Below are positions 20,725 through 29,696 of a stretch of 64,000 nt of DNA, piece after piece (positions within the stretch are counted from its first letter, which is position 1; every line of letters begins with the position of its first letter). Source of the stretch: an uncultured Candidatus Saccharibacteria bacterium. Lineage in GTDB: Bacteria; Patescibacteriota; Minisyncoccia; Phycocordibacterales; PALSA-1337. Location of the stretch: assembly GCA_964367745.1 (NCBI GenBank), contig CAYIYK010000003.1:10248-74247 (forward strand), given 5' to 3'. The position numbers and the translations under genes were made by a program. The notes beneath the pieces are model-generated. The model did no database searches and had not been told where the DNA came from. It saw nothing but the letters and a program-made list of their open reading frames with translations.

Positions 20725-22957
20725 ACTTACCTTCTTCTATTTGCTTTATAGCCTCATCTACTTGAGACTTTATAAGTGGGAATCTTTCTTTTGCTTTCTT
20801 TAGAAGTTCAATCGCTTGGTATTCTTGTTTACTCAATAGATAAACATAAGCTAGAGATGAATATACTTCTTGATTGTCTTGATCTTTAGCTAATATCTTC
20901 TTATATATTTCAATAGCTTTATCGTACTGTTTTGACAATACATAAGCATTTATAACTCTTGGATCGCTGAATACTTCGAAATCATCTCCAAATAGCTTCT
21001 TCGCTTTTACTTCTTCACCTGCCGTTATAAGAGCTGTAACGTAAGTAGTCTTGGCGATTGGATTGTCTGTTGCTGATTGATACGCTTTGTCTAATATCTC
21101 AACTGCTTCTTTATTTTTACCGATATTTAGATAGTTGACGGCTAGTTCAAATATTATACTTTGCTTGTTTGGAGAAAGTTCATTTGCTTTTTCAAGTAGT
21201 GGTGTAGCTGTATTAAAATCTCTTATAGTATCATAATAACTTCCACCAATAATATATATTCTTGCATCATTCGGAGTTTTCTTTATTTGATTTTCTATTT
21301 CTTTCTTTGCCAAATCGTAGAATGCAGCCTTTTTATCTTGTTGCATTTGTGGATTTTGTATTACATTTGCTGAACAATTTAATAGTTGCTCAACCGACTC
21401 TTGATTTGCAACTGTCTGTCTTAGTTTGAATATTTTTTCAAATGGTACTACTGATACTGTTTGAGGATTTGAACAAGCTATAAGTGCATTTATAAGTCCT
21501 GTATTCGCTTGTATAGCGCGCACATTCACAAAATACATTGAAGTAATGAATAAGATAACAACAACAGGTACATATACATAATCTCTTACTGTTTCAGCAT
21601 CTTCAGATATTGATTTGCTGTAATTTTTAAATATAAATAAATCTTTATTCTTTCTTAATGAATGAACAAAAGCGAGCAATGTAAAGAACATTACATAACT
21701 TGTTTGATTGTCGAATACGAATACATTGTGTATTGCATATCCTACCAATAGACCGATAAGTATAGATTTTTCACCAATAGTTTTTTCACTTTTAATGATA
21801 AAGATTAGAGAGATTAAATATAGAGCTAGATACGCAACTAATCCTAGTATTCCTCCGGCAACAAACCAATCTAGGAAAACACTGTGTGCTCGATCAAACC
21901 ATTGCTCATGTCTCCACATTTCAGGATTGTAATGTGAATTGAATATATAGTTAAAGTTCTCTTGCCCAACTCCGATAATTGCTGTCTTTGGGCTCTCTGT
22001 AATTCCCTTTATAGCCATAGGCCAAATAAATCTTCTTGCTTGAGTCTTTGTATCTGAAATAGATATAGAAGCCAATCTTCCCAATACTTCATTCTTTTGA
22101 ATCCAACTAGCATTTCTATTGAAATAAAATAGTGTACCGATAACAACTACTAGTAGAATAACTGAACCAGAAACTACTCTACTTATATTTGATTGACCAC
22201 TACTCTTTCTACCAAAAATTGTATAAATAGCACATGAAGCAATAATAGCAATCGTCCAACCTATGATAGTTCCTCGAGTTGCTGTTTGAAACATTATAAA
22301 AGAGAAAAATGCTGCGGCAATAGCATATGAATAGAACAAATGCTTCTTTGCAAAATAACTTATAGCCAAATATCCCGCAATAAATGCATTAAATAACATA
22401 TAAACCGCCATGTATGCAGAGTTACCTAGAGATGCATCGACTCTACTTCCTTGATGTGTTTCTGCCCAACCGAAAAACTGTGTTAGACCGTAAAGTGCAG
22501 TTATAAATCCAGAAACAATTACAACATTGAAAAACTTATGCCAACTCTCTTTTGTCTTAAGTACTGAAGATAGAACCATGAAATAACCCCAAAGGTGTAT
22601 TATCATCAACCAACCTTCCATTCTTTCGAAGTTTGACCAAATACTTCTAAGTGGATTTAGACCAGCTAAGTCAGCAATCAGAGCAATAAGAGTAAATATA
22701 CCTATAGAAATAGATATTGCATTGCATCGCGGAAGAACACTTCTATCTGTTCCGACAACACTAGTGCCTCTTTCTCTGAAAACAAGAATCAGCCATAGAG
22801 CAAAGACAATTTCAACAATTATTCTAAAAGCGAATCCTTTACCAGTGATGAATGGAAAGAATAAAGAATTAACGACGTAAGTTGGGATAAATGGGATTAC
22901 TGCTAAACCGATAATAATTGCGTATTTGATTAAAGTATTTATTGTTGCATTGTTCAT
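20711..22957 (-). CDS. O-antigen-ligase-family (Wzy_C-like) polytopic membrane protein with a C-terminal TPR-repeat domain
   Basis: 748 aa. The N-terminal ~430 aa have about 12 TM helices and a large loop between late helices, as in WaaL/PglL. The C-terminal ~300 aa are TPR-like (YYDT..., AVNYLNIGKNKEAVEILDKAYQ, SSLAYVYLLSKQEYQAIELLKKA). Confidence 0.45.
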   Translation of the reverse strand: MNNATINTLIKYAIIIGLAVIPFIPTYVVNSLFFPFITGKGFAFRIIVEIVFALWLILVFRERGTSVVGTDRSVLPRCNAISISIGIFTLIALIADLAGLNPLRSIWSNFERMEGWLMIIHLWGYFMVLSSVLKTKESWHKFFNVVIVSGFITALYGLTQFFGWAETHQGSRVDASLGNSAYMAVYMLFNAFIAGYLAISYFAKKHLFYSYAIAAAFFSFIMFQTATRGTIIGWTIAIIASCAIYTIFGRKSSGQSNISRVVSGSVILLVVVIGTLFYFNRNASWIQKNEVLGRLASISISDTKTQARRFIWPMAIKGITESPKTAIIGVGQENFNYIFNSHYNPEMWRHEQWFDRAHSVFLDWFVAGGILGLVAYLALYLISLIFIIKSEKTIGEKSILIGLLVGYAIHNVFVFDNQTSYVMFFTLLAFVHSLRKNKDLFIFKNYSKSISEDAETVRDYVYVPVVVILFITSMYFVNVRAIQANTGLINALIACSNPQTVSVVPFEKIFKLRQTVANQESVEQLLNCSANVIQNPQMQQDKKAAFYDLAKKEIENQIKKTPNDARIYIIGGSYYDTIRDFNTATPLLEKANELSPNKQSIIFELAVNYLNIGKNKEAVEILDKAYQSATDNPIAKTTYVTALITAGEEVKAKKLFGDDFEVFSDPRVINAYVLSKQYDKAIEIYKKILAKDQDNQEVYSSLAYVYLLSKQEYQAIELLKKAKERFPLIKSQVDEAIKQIEEGKFRTP

Positions 22958-22992
22958 AATATGGAGATGATATCATATTATGAACATGTTAT

Positions 22993-23940
22993 CTATTGAA
23001 ATTTCTTTAATTTATTGGCTATAAATATATCAGTATCTCTTCTAGATTCATAAGTCATACCTCCTGTATGTGGAGCGATGATTACATTTGAATATTCTTT
23101 TGCAAACTTCACTAATGGATGATTCTTGCAACTATTTTTTGTAAATAGAATCTCACCATCTAGAACGTCAGCTGTATAACCGGCAATCTTTTTTTGCTTT
23201 ATCATAGTCATCAAATCACCTTCATGAACTATTTTGCCTCTTGAAGTATTTATAAGATACGCAGTTTTCTTCATAAGACTCATAGTCTTTTTATTGAAAA
23301 GGAATTCTGTTTCTGGATTCAAATGTACGTGTATAGAAATAAAATCACTTTGTTTTATAAGCTCTTCGAAACTAACTTTTTTCCAATTTAGATTTGATGA
23401 TTCAACTTTTGGATCAGTGAATAGAACTTTCATACCCAAAGCCTCTCCATATCTTGCCATCCATTTTCCAAGTCTACCAAGTCCAACAACTCCCAATGTC
23501 TGACCATTCAGTGAATGCCCTTTGAACTTTTCTCTATTCCATTCCCCCTTTAGAACTGATTGAGTTGAACTAGGAATATGTCTTGAAGAAGATATGAGTA
23601 ATCCCAAAGCTAGTTCAGCAGTGCCAGTAATAGTATTTAGGAAATCATCTTCACCCTTTAGACTTAGAACTTTTATACCCTTTTCCTCAGCGTATTTTAA
23701 ATCGATATGATCCAAACCAGTTGTTGCGGTAACAAGGAACTTTAGATTTTTAGCTTTTGATAGGACTTCACTATTAAAGTTCAATCCCAAACCACAAACT
23801 ACTACATCATATTTTTCTATCTTTTTTAATAGTTCTTGATTTGTAGGTATAACATAATCAACCTTACCTAGAATGTTTAGAATCTTTTTTGCTTCAGGGT
23901 CGAAATCTTTACCGATTGTATTTAGTATTTTGTAGGCCAT
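22993..23940 (-). CDS. D-isomer-specific 2-hydroxyacid dehydrogenase (NAD-binding)
   Basis: GVVGLGRLGKWMARYGEALGMKVLFTD is the Rossmann motif, and the catalytic region is R...E...H (NTSRGKIVHEGDL...APHTGG). Confidence 0.7.
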   Translation of the reverse strand: MAYKILNTIGKDFDPEAKKILNILGKVDYVIPTNQELLKKIEKYDVVVCGLGLNFNSEVLSKAKNLKFLVTATTGLDHIDLKYAEEKGIKVLSLKGEDDFLNTITGTAELALGLLISSSRHIPSSTQSVLKGEWNREKFKGHSLNGQTLGVVGLGRLGKWMARYGEALGMKVLFTDPKVESSNLNWKKVSFEELIKQSDFISIHVHLNPETEFLFNKKTMSLMKKTAYLINTSRGKIVHEGDLMTMIKQKKIAGYTADVLDGEILFTKNSCKNHPLVKFAKEYSNVIIAPHTGGMTYESRRDTDIFIANKLKKFQ

Positions 23941-23978
23941 TAAGTAATTATCTATAAAATGAAGGAAAAAGCAAATGG

Positions 23979-24422
23979 TTAAACCTTCGGCACCTTTATT
24001 ATAACCAACCTAGCTTTCGTAGAAGTCTTATGTTGATGTGGCTCTCCAGCAGGAATCCATAACCAATCTCCAGGTTTCATCACAACTTCTGTTCCACCCT
24101 TTATTTCTTTTGCTTTCCATTCCCTATCATCTATACTCCCATCAGCATTCTTTTTTACCCAAGGGTCTACCATTTCTCCTCCATAGATAAAGATAACTTC
24201 TCCTTCAAGACAAAACCATAGATCAGCTTCATGCTTGTGTATCTCTGCTTCATTTGAAATATTTATATCCTCCAATATATTCATAGGAACTTTATTCAAA
24301 GCAGAAAAAGCTTTTAGAGGTTCCAAAAGTTTTTTTGTTGGCGTGTCGGCACTAGGACTTGATAGAGTACTATCGATTAAATCTTTACTGATAAAAGCAC
24401 AATTTGATTTATTATTTTCCAT
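23979..24422 (-). CDS. Cupin-domain protein
   Basis: 147 aa. The beta-barrel motif FCLEGEVIFIYGGE...PGDWLWIPAGEPHQH is cupin-2-like. Confidence 0.4.
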   Translation of the reverse strand: MENNKSNCAFISKDLIDSTLSSPSADTPTKKLLEPLKAFSALNKVPMNILEDINISNEAEIHKHEADLWFCLEGEVIFIYGGEMVDPWVKKNADGSIDDREWKAKEIKGGTEVVMKPGDWLWIPAGEPHQHKTSTKARLVIIKVPKV

Positions 24423-24431
24423 TTAATTTAA

Positions 24432-26312
24432 TTAAAATTTAAATCCTTTTTTCTTTAATTCTTTTAACATGTACTCTGTGATAATCCAATCAAGTGGATA
24501 GTCTATATCTATAGATCTCTCTTTTGGTACTATATACCCTGCAATCTTATCTCCATATAACCTCTCTTCTTTCATAATCAAATCTCTTCTCATACAATAT
24601 ATTGCTGCACTTCTCTTGTATGCTACAGGTAGATCTTGTCTTCTTGTACCTTCTACTTCAGGAACAGAATATGCACTGATGAAGTCACCTTCTAATTTTT
24701 TAATCTTAATTGGATTTACATTACTTGGTACTTCAACTATTGATACTGCACTATCTGCTTTTGTATCTATAAGTTTTTGAATTGTTCCATCGATATCGTC
24801 TATAGTTCTAAAAGGTGAAGTTGGCTGAAGAATAACTACATAGTCGATAGTGATATTATTTTTCTTTTCATAAAAATCTATTGCATGTTGCATTACAGGA
24901 AGATGTGGAGTTGAATCTAGAGCCAATTCTTTTGGTCTCATAAAAGGTACATCTGCACCATACTTCTTACACACATCGGCAATCTCTTTGTCATCTGTTG
25001 AAACGATAAGATGATTTATCAATTTACTTTTCTTTGCAGCATCGATTGTATATGCAATAAGAGGTTTATTGCCAAGTTTCTTTATATTCTTACCCGGAAT
25101 ACCTTTTGACCCTCCGCGAGCTGTAATAACGCCAAGGACGTTTGGAGTTCTGTATTCCCTATCTACATGTTCTTCTGTAAGCGGTTCAAATTTCTTTATA
25201 TCTTTTATTATTTTTTTATCCAAAATATCATGGAAAAGATTCGAGAAAATTCCATTTAGATGAAGTCTTGGTCTCATAGCGTAAACCATATCACTCGTGA
25301 TTATTGTTCCAGCTTTAATATCTCTTGAAGCAACGAGTGTTTTGTTGAAATAAGGTCTAAACTTATTTTGTGCACCTTCCAATTCTTTTTCCTTTTGACC
25401 GTAGAAAATATTTGTATCTATTTTCTTATATTCATTTTTCTTAATACCAGAGACCAATTGTTTCATTTCTTCTGGAGTTACTGAAGCTTTATGGTCTGAA
25501 CCCCAAAGGCCTCGGTCTAGAGAAAAGTGTTTCTCTATAACCTGCGCACCCATTTTTACTGCAGCTAAAGGAATAGTATTATCTCCAACTGAATGATCAG
25601 AAAAACCGATGATCGCTTGAGGGTATTTTTCTCTAAAATATTCTATAGTAGAAAGGTTAAAAGCTTCTGGAGGACATGGATATTCACTAACGCAATATAG
25701 AATAATAATTGGTGACCCACGCTTTGTTATATAGTCAACAACGTCATCCAACTCTTTGTGACTAACCATTCCTGTTGAAATGATTATTGGTTTTTGTGTC
25801 TTTGTAATAAAGTCCAAAAGAACATGATCCTGAACATCACCAGAACCTACTTTCCAGAAAGGTACATCTAGATTCTCAAGCTTAACCGCTGCCATTCTAG
25901 ACATCGGAGTTGAGAAGAATATAATTCCCTTTTTTTCTGAATATCTTTTTATCTCTTTGAAGAATTCTATAGGTGCTTCTTCAGTATTTCTTTTAACCCA
26001 AGAATATCTATCACTGCCTTTGAAGTGCGGAGAAACTACATTTATATTTGCTTGTTCATCTTCAACTTCATGAGTTTGAAATTTCACAGCATGTGCACCA
26101 GCTTTTACTGCTTCGTCGATAAGCTTTTTTGCATTTTTAATATAGACTTTTAGAGGTTGAGACTCTTGTGTTTGTATAAAATTCTTACCGATTTCAGCAA
26201 TAACAAAAACTTTATCTTTTGATATGATCTTAGAGATAGCGTGAGGTTTCACTATTTTTGAATTTTTGTTCTTACTGGCTTTAGAAGATTTAACAGACTT
26301 TTTTGTTTTCAT
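24432..26312 (-). CDS. Bifunctional fusion: N-acylneuraminate (nonulosonic acid) synthase NeuB with SAF domain, plus CMP-N-acylneuraminate cytidylyltransferase NeuA
   Basis: N-terminal half: VFVIAEIGKNF...AVKFQTH...IIILYCVSEYPCPPEAFNLSTI...GFSDHSVGDNTIPLAAVKMGAQVIEKHFSLD, then an SAF domain (LVASRDIKAGTIITSDMV). C-terminal ~230 aa: LGVITARGGSKGIPGKNIKKLGNKPLIAYTIDAA...LIVSTDDKEIADVCKKYGADVPFMRPKELALDST, the NeuA/CMP-Kdo-synthase-like fold. The first ~25 aa are Lys-rich. Confidence 0.75.
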   Translation of the reverse strand: MKTKKSVKSSKASKNKNSKIVKPHAISKIISKDKVFVIAEIGKNFIQTQESQPLKVYIKNAKKLIDEAVKAGAHAVKFQTHEVEDEQANINVVSPHFKGSDRYSWVKRNTEEAPIEFFKEIKRYSEKKGIIFFSTPMSRMAAVKLENLDVPFWKVGSGDVQDHVLLDFITKTQKPIIISTGMVSHKELDDVVDYITKRGSPIIILYCVSEYPCPPEAFNLSTIEYFREKYPQAIIGFSDHSVGDNTIPLAAVKMGAQVIEKHFSLDRGLWGSDHKASVTPEEMKQLVSGIKKNEYKKIDTNIFYGQKEKELEGAQNKFRPYFNKTLVASRDIKAGTIITSDMVYAMRPRLHLNGIFSNLFHDILDKKIIKDIKKFEPLTEEHVDREYRTPNVLGVITARGGSKGIPGKNIKKLGNKPLIAYTIDAAKKSKLINHLIVSTDDKEIADVCKKYGADVPFMRPKELALDSTPHLPVMQHAIDFYEKKNNITIDYVVILQPTSPFRTIDDIDGTIQKLIDTKADSAVSIVEVPSNVNPIKIKKLEGDFISAYSVPEVEGTRRQDLPVAYKRSAAIYCMRRDLIMKEERLYGDKIAGYIVPKERSIDIDYPLDWIITEYMLKELKKKGFKF

Positions 26313-26408
26313 ATGTTATATCCTATGCTATTTAAAAATTTTTGCAACAAAAAAAATCCACCCAGTAAAACCAGGTGGAAATTGTGTTGAGTGTTCAGTA
26401 CTCGAAGA

Positions 26409-27347
26409 TCAAAGCCTGCGAGCGGTGACCACAACCGACGGGTGGTATGCGGTAAAGTTGAGGAGATTCTGGTCTGCCTCAAAAACGCTACGGATTCCAA
26501 TACCAACAATCTTGAGCTTGTCCTCAATCGGAAGCTTGTCGAGCGGTTCCCAACGGCACCAAGTGGCCCAGGCATTGCGAATGAAATCGACGATTCGACT
26601 CCCAACAACAGGAACGAGGGTTTCATTCACACGGAAGATCTCGAAACCATTTTGCTCGAGAGCAGACTTGAGATCAACAAGCGAGAATGCCTTTGCTTTG
26701 GGTGCCCAGAGATTTTCGCGAGTGAAATCAGGATACTTTGACCGAACATAATTGTAAGCTGCATCGTGCGCAATCCTATAAAGCGGATGCGAGAGTTCGG
26801 TTGTGATCTGATCCGGCCCCGGCTCAGACTTTGACCGGAAATCGTGCAAATTGCACTTCCAATCCGAATAATTGGACGGACCGAAGTCAAAACTGAGAGT
26901 TCCACGAACCTTGAGGCAAGAACTGATTGCTTTCAAGGAAGCATCGAGGGTATCCCGCAAAAGATGAAACATCTGACAACAGACAGCGGCGTCATGAAGA
27001 CCTACAACATGCCGATCCAGAAATTCCGCTTTCATTGTGTAAGCATTCACCCTCGGATTACCCATCAAATTGAGGAGAAGGAAATGCATCATGCTTTCAT
27101 TCGGCTCAACAGCCGAAACGAGCGCCTTCGTCCTCTTGAGAATAACTGCTGTACTGACACCAGTGCCGGCGCCAATCTCCAACACTGAATTGATTCCATT
27201 TTTGTTGGCTTGAATCGCCTCACTAACAACGAATTCAGCCATTTCAGTGTAGTATTTGTCACGACCATTGAAGGCCGAGTATGCTGCGCCGACATTCCCT
27301 TCGAAGAGTTTCGAACCGAGGATTGCACTAACATTACTTGTACTCAT
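26409..27347 (-). CDS. Class I SAM-dependent methyltransferase of unknown substrate, in a ~1-kb tract of anomalous GC (~50%)
   Basis: 312 aa. Motif I is VLEIGAGTGVST. The DNA of this gene is visibly GC-rich against a ~30% background, which produces many spurious overlapping ORFs in the six-frame track. Confidence 0.55.
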   Translation of the reverse strand: MSTSNVSAILGSKLFEGNVGAAYSAFNGRDKYYTEMAEFVVSEAIQANKNGINSVLEIGAGTGVSTAVILKRTKALVSAVEPNESMMHFLLLNLMGNPRVNAYTMKAEFLDRHVVGLHDAAVCCQMFHLLRDTLDASLKAISSCLKVRGTLSFDFGPSNYSDWKCNLHDFRSKSEPGPDQITTELSHPLYRIAHDAAYNYVRSKYPDFTRENLWAPKAKAFSLVDLKSALEQNGFEIFRVNETLVPVVGSRIVDFIRNAWATWCRWEPLDKLPIEDKLKIVGIGIRSVFEADQNLLNFTAYHPSVVVTARRL

Positions 27348-27523
27348 TTTTTTAAGAACTGCATCATGACTTTATTATCATGATTTTCGTTTAATCTATA
27401 ACATATTATTGTAAATTTAGCAATAGTACGATATTTAAATATTAAACTATAGAAAATAATTGACGTAATACTTTTTTAATGATATTGTATATTAAATTTA
27501 AACAAACAGTTCATTAAAAAAAT

Positions 27524-28477
27524 ATGACAGCAAAAAATGTTGGAAATTGGCAAAAATGGGCCTTCTTGGAAGGAATAACAAGGACCTTATCAAGGACTCT
27601 ACAAAAAGTTGTTGGTTCCGTATCTAACAACTGGGAGAATACCCTACTAGCTGCCGGCATAATCGGTTTTGTTCAAGTTCTGTCAGCTGTAATCATTACA
27701 AGAAAGACGAAAGAAAAACTTCTGTGTGATCCAGCAGGAATCATCGGCTGTTTGATTTTTGGTCTTATAGCTCTAGTATGTACTGTATTAGGCTTCGCAA
27801 CTTTCCTTTATGGAGGAGATATTACTGTTAGTACTTTTATCATTGCCCTGTCCATCATTCCAAGTATGATAATCGACATCGTCTTCTTCAACTACAAATC
27901 TAGTCGTAGAGAATGGATTGGGATTTTTGTGGCGGTTATAGCTGGTTGGGCAGTTCTAGACTTCCCAAACTTAGCTAGCATGCTTAAGTTGCCTATGTGG
28001 GTAGGCCTTTCATTCATCACCATGATCCTTGTGGCAATAAATCAAGGAATCACACAATCAATCAAAGATATTTCCCCGATGTTCAAAAACTTCTGGGGTG
28101 GTATGGTGGCACTAATACTGTCACCAGTTATCATGATCGTGATTGGCAAAGGTGGATTCTTACTCAGTTTCCCAGATAATAAAGTACTATGGTTTACCTC
28201 AGCTATGATTGGGATCATAGTGATAGCCATATGGTCTTTCAACCTTCTGAGCTACAAGGACGGTGCGAGTATCGCATTAAAAAAACTTGTAGTAAGTAGT
28301 ATTTACTTTATCAGTACCACGTTTCTTGGAAGCATCGTATTTAACGAAGCAATGACTGCTGGGAAAATTATTGCAATCCCTCTTTTTATTATTTCATACT
28401 TCCTTATGAGTAAGGAAGCCTACAATTTCGTACTAGCGAAGCGGATACCGAAGTGGATAAAGTGGATATTGAAGTGA
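27524..28477 (+). CDS. Polytopic membrane protein (about 10 TM helices), uncharacterised; possibly a transporter
   Basis: 317 aa, almost entirely hydrophobic helices. It sits between the methyltransferase and neuC on the opposite strand. Confidence 0.35.
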   Translation: MTAKNVGNWQKWAFLEGITRTLSRTLQKVVGSVSNNWENTLLAAGIIGFVQVLSAVIITRKTKEKLLCDPAGIIGCLIFGLIALVCTVLGFATFLYGGDITVSTFIIALSIIPSMIIDIVFFNYKSSRREWIGIFVAVIAGWAVLDFPNLASMLKLPMWVGLSFITMILVAINQGITQSIKDISPMFKNFWGGMVALILSPVIMIVIGKGGFLLSFPDNKVLWFTSAMIGIIVIAIWSFNLLSYKDGASIALKKLVVSSIYFISTTFLGSIVFNEAMTAGKIIAIPLFIISYFLMSKEAYNFVLAKRIPKWIKWILK

Positions 28478-28507
28478 TGTCTAAGTAAATACAGTAATCT
28501 CTCAAAG

Positions 28508-28537
28508 CCCTCACGTAAAAAGCGTGGGGGTCTTTTT
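28508..28537 (+). terminator. Rho-independent terminator
   Basis: A ccctcacg ... cgtggggg stem (8 bp, one G-U pair) followed by TCTTTTT. Confidence 0.5.
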
Positions 28538-29693
28538 ATTCAACAAAAGTCTTTTGAGTATAAAGAGGTACAGTAGCTATAACCTCTGCAATCTTTTTAC
28601 TTGTACCTTCTGCAAAATATAGACTTGATGATTCGTATCTGCCTTTTTTAACTTGTTTCTCTATTGCTTTCTTTATAGCTTTAATATCATGGTCTACAGT
28701 TACTACATTTTCTGCACTCAATCTTTTGAATTGTCTATTACCAATATTCACCACAGGCAAACCCATAAAAGAAGATTCCTTTATTCCAGCTGATGAATTC
28801 CCTATCAAACATAGACTGTTATTCAATAGCCAAATAAAATCCTTTGGACCCATATATCGCATGAAGCGTATTTTATGTCCTTTAACTTCATCTTTAAAAA
28901 TTCGAAGCTCATGTGATATATCTTCTGCACCGGCATCAGCATTTGGCCAAAACCAAAGTGTTGGAATCTTTAGACTATGTACAGCATCAAGGATTTTCTT
29001 TGTATTTTCATGTACATGCTTCACATCCATAATATCAGGATGATACATAACTATTAGATATCCTTTCTTTAGATCAAAAAGGGCCCCACTTCCTGTTTTC
29101 TTTATATCGAATTTATGTTTATTTTTTGCTAATTTTTGTACAACTTCTATTTCTGGACTACCAAAATTGAAAACGTGAGATTCTCTTTCTCCAAGTCTCA
29201 ATACTCTTTTTCTTGCTGGTTCATTTGTTGTAAAGTGAATATGAGAAAGTTTTGTGATAGCGTGTCTTACACTTTCATCTATTGATCCAGATACATCACC
29301 ACCTTCTATGTGTGCGATAGGTATAGATAAATATGCAGCTGCAATTGTAGCTGATAGAACTTCAAATCTATCACCTCTTACCACAACGACATCAGGTTTA
29401 ATCTGATTAAAAAGTGTAGTGAATTCTATTATTCCTAGTCCTGTTGTTTTTGCTTTTACGATTGTATCATTCCCTTCTAGATTGAAATGTAGTTCGTATA
29501 GCTTGTTATATCCGTCTTCCGTCAAAAGTTTTCTTATATCAGCAAGTTTTGAAGTATAACGAGACAATAAAGCTGTACCTCCAACTATTATATGTAGGTC
29601 AATATCCTTTCTTTTCTTTAGTTCTTCTAGAATAAGAAAGTTACGACTATAGTGTATGAAACTTGTAATAACAAAGCAGACTTTTCTCTTCAT
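28536..29693 (-). CDS. neuC: UDP-N-acetylglucosamine 2-epimerase (NeuC-type, hydrolysing)
   Basis: 385 aa. VVVRGDRFEVLSATIAAAYLSIPIAHIEGGDVSGSIDESVRHAITKLSHIHFTT is the conserved epimerase core, and the GT-B-like two-domain layout is present. Confidence 0.75.
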   Translation of the reverse strand: MKRKVCFVITSFIHYSRNFLILEELKKRKDIDLHIIVGGTALLSRYTSKLADIRKLLTEDGYNKLYELHFNLEGNDTIVKAKTTGLGIIEFTTLFNQIKPDVVVVRGDRFEVLSATIAAAYLSIPIAHIEGGDVSGSIDESVRHAITKLSHIHFTTNEPARKRVLRLGERESHVFNFGSPEIEVVQKLAKNKHKFDIKKTGSGALFDLKKGYLIVMYHPDIMDVKHVHENTKKILDAVHSLKIPTLWFWPNADAGAEDISHELRIFKDEVKGHKIRFMRYMGPKDFIWLLNNSLCLIGNSSAGIKESSFMGLPVVNIGNRQFKRLSAENVVTVDHDIKAIKKAIEKQVKKGRYESSSLYFAEGTSKKIAEVIATVPLYTQKTFVE

Positions 29694-29696
29694 AGT

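Noticed and set aside
26266-27188. Several plus- and minus-strand ORFs of 80-160 aa (26266-26751, 26391-26741, 26627-26905, 26844-27188, 27089-27334) overlap the methyltransferase gene.
   Set aside because: They all lie inside the GC-rich tract, where stop codons are rare in every frame. They have low-complexity Arg/Ser/Pro-rich translations with no motifs. The 312-aa methyltransferase frame is the only one with recognisable domain content.
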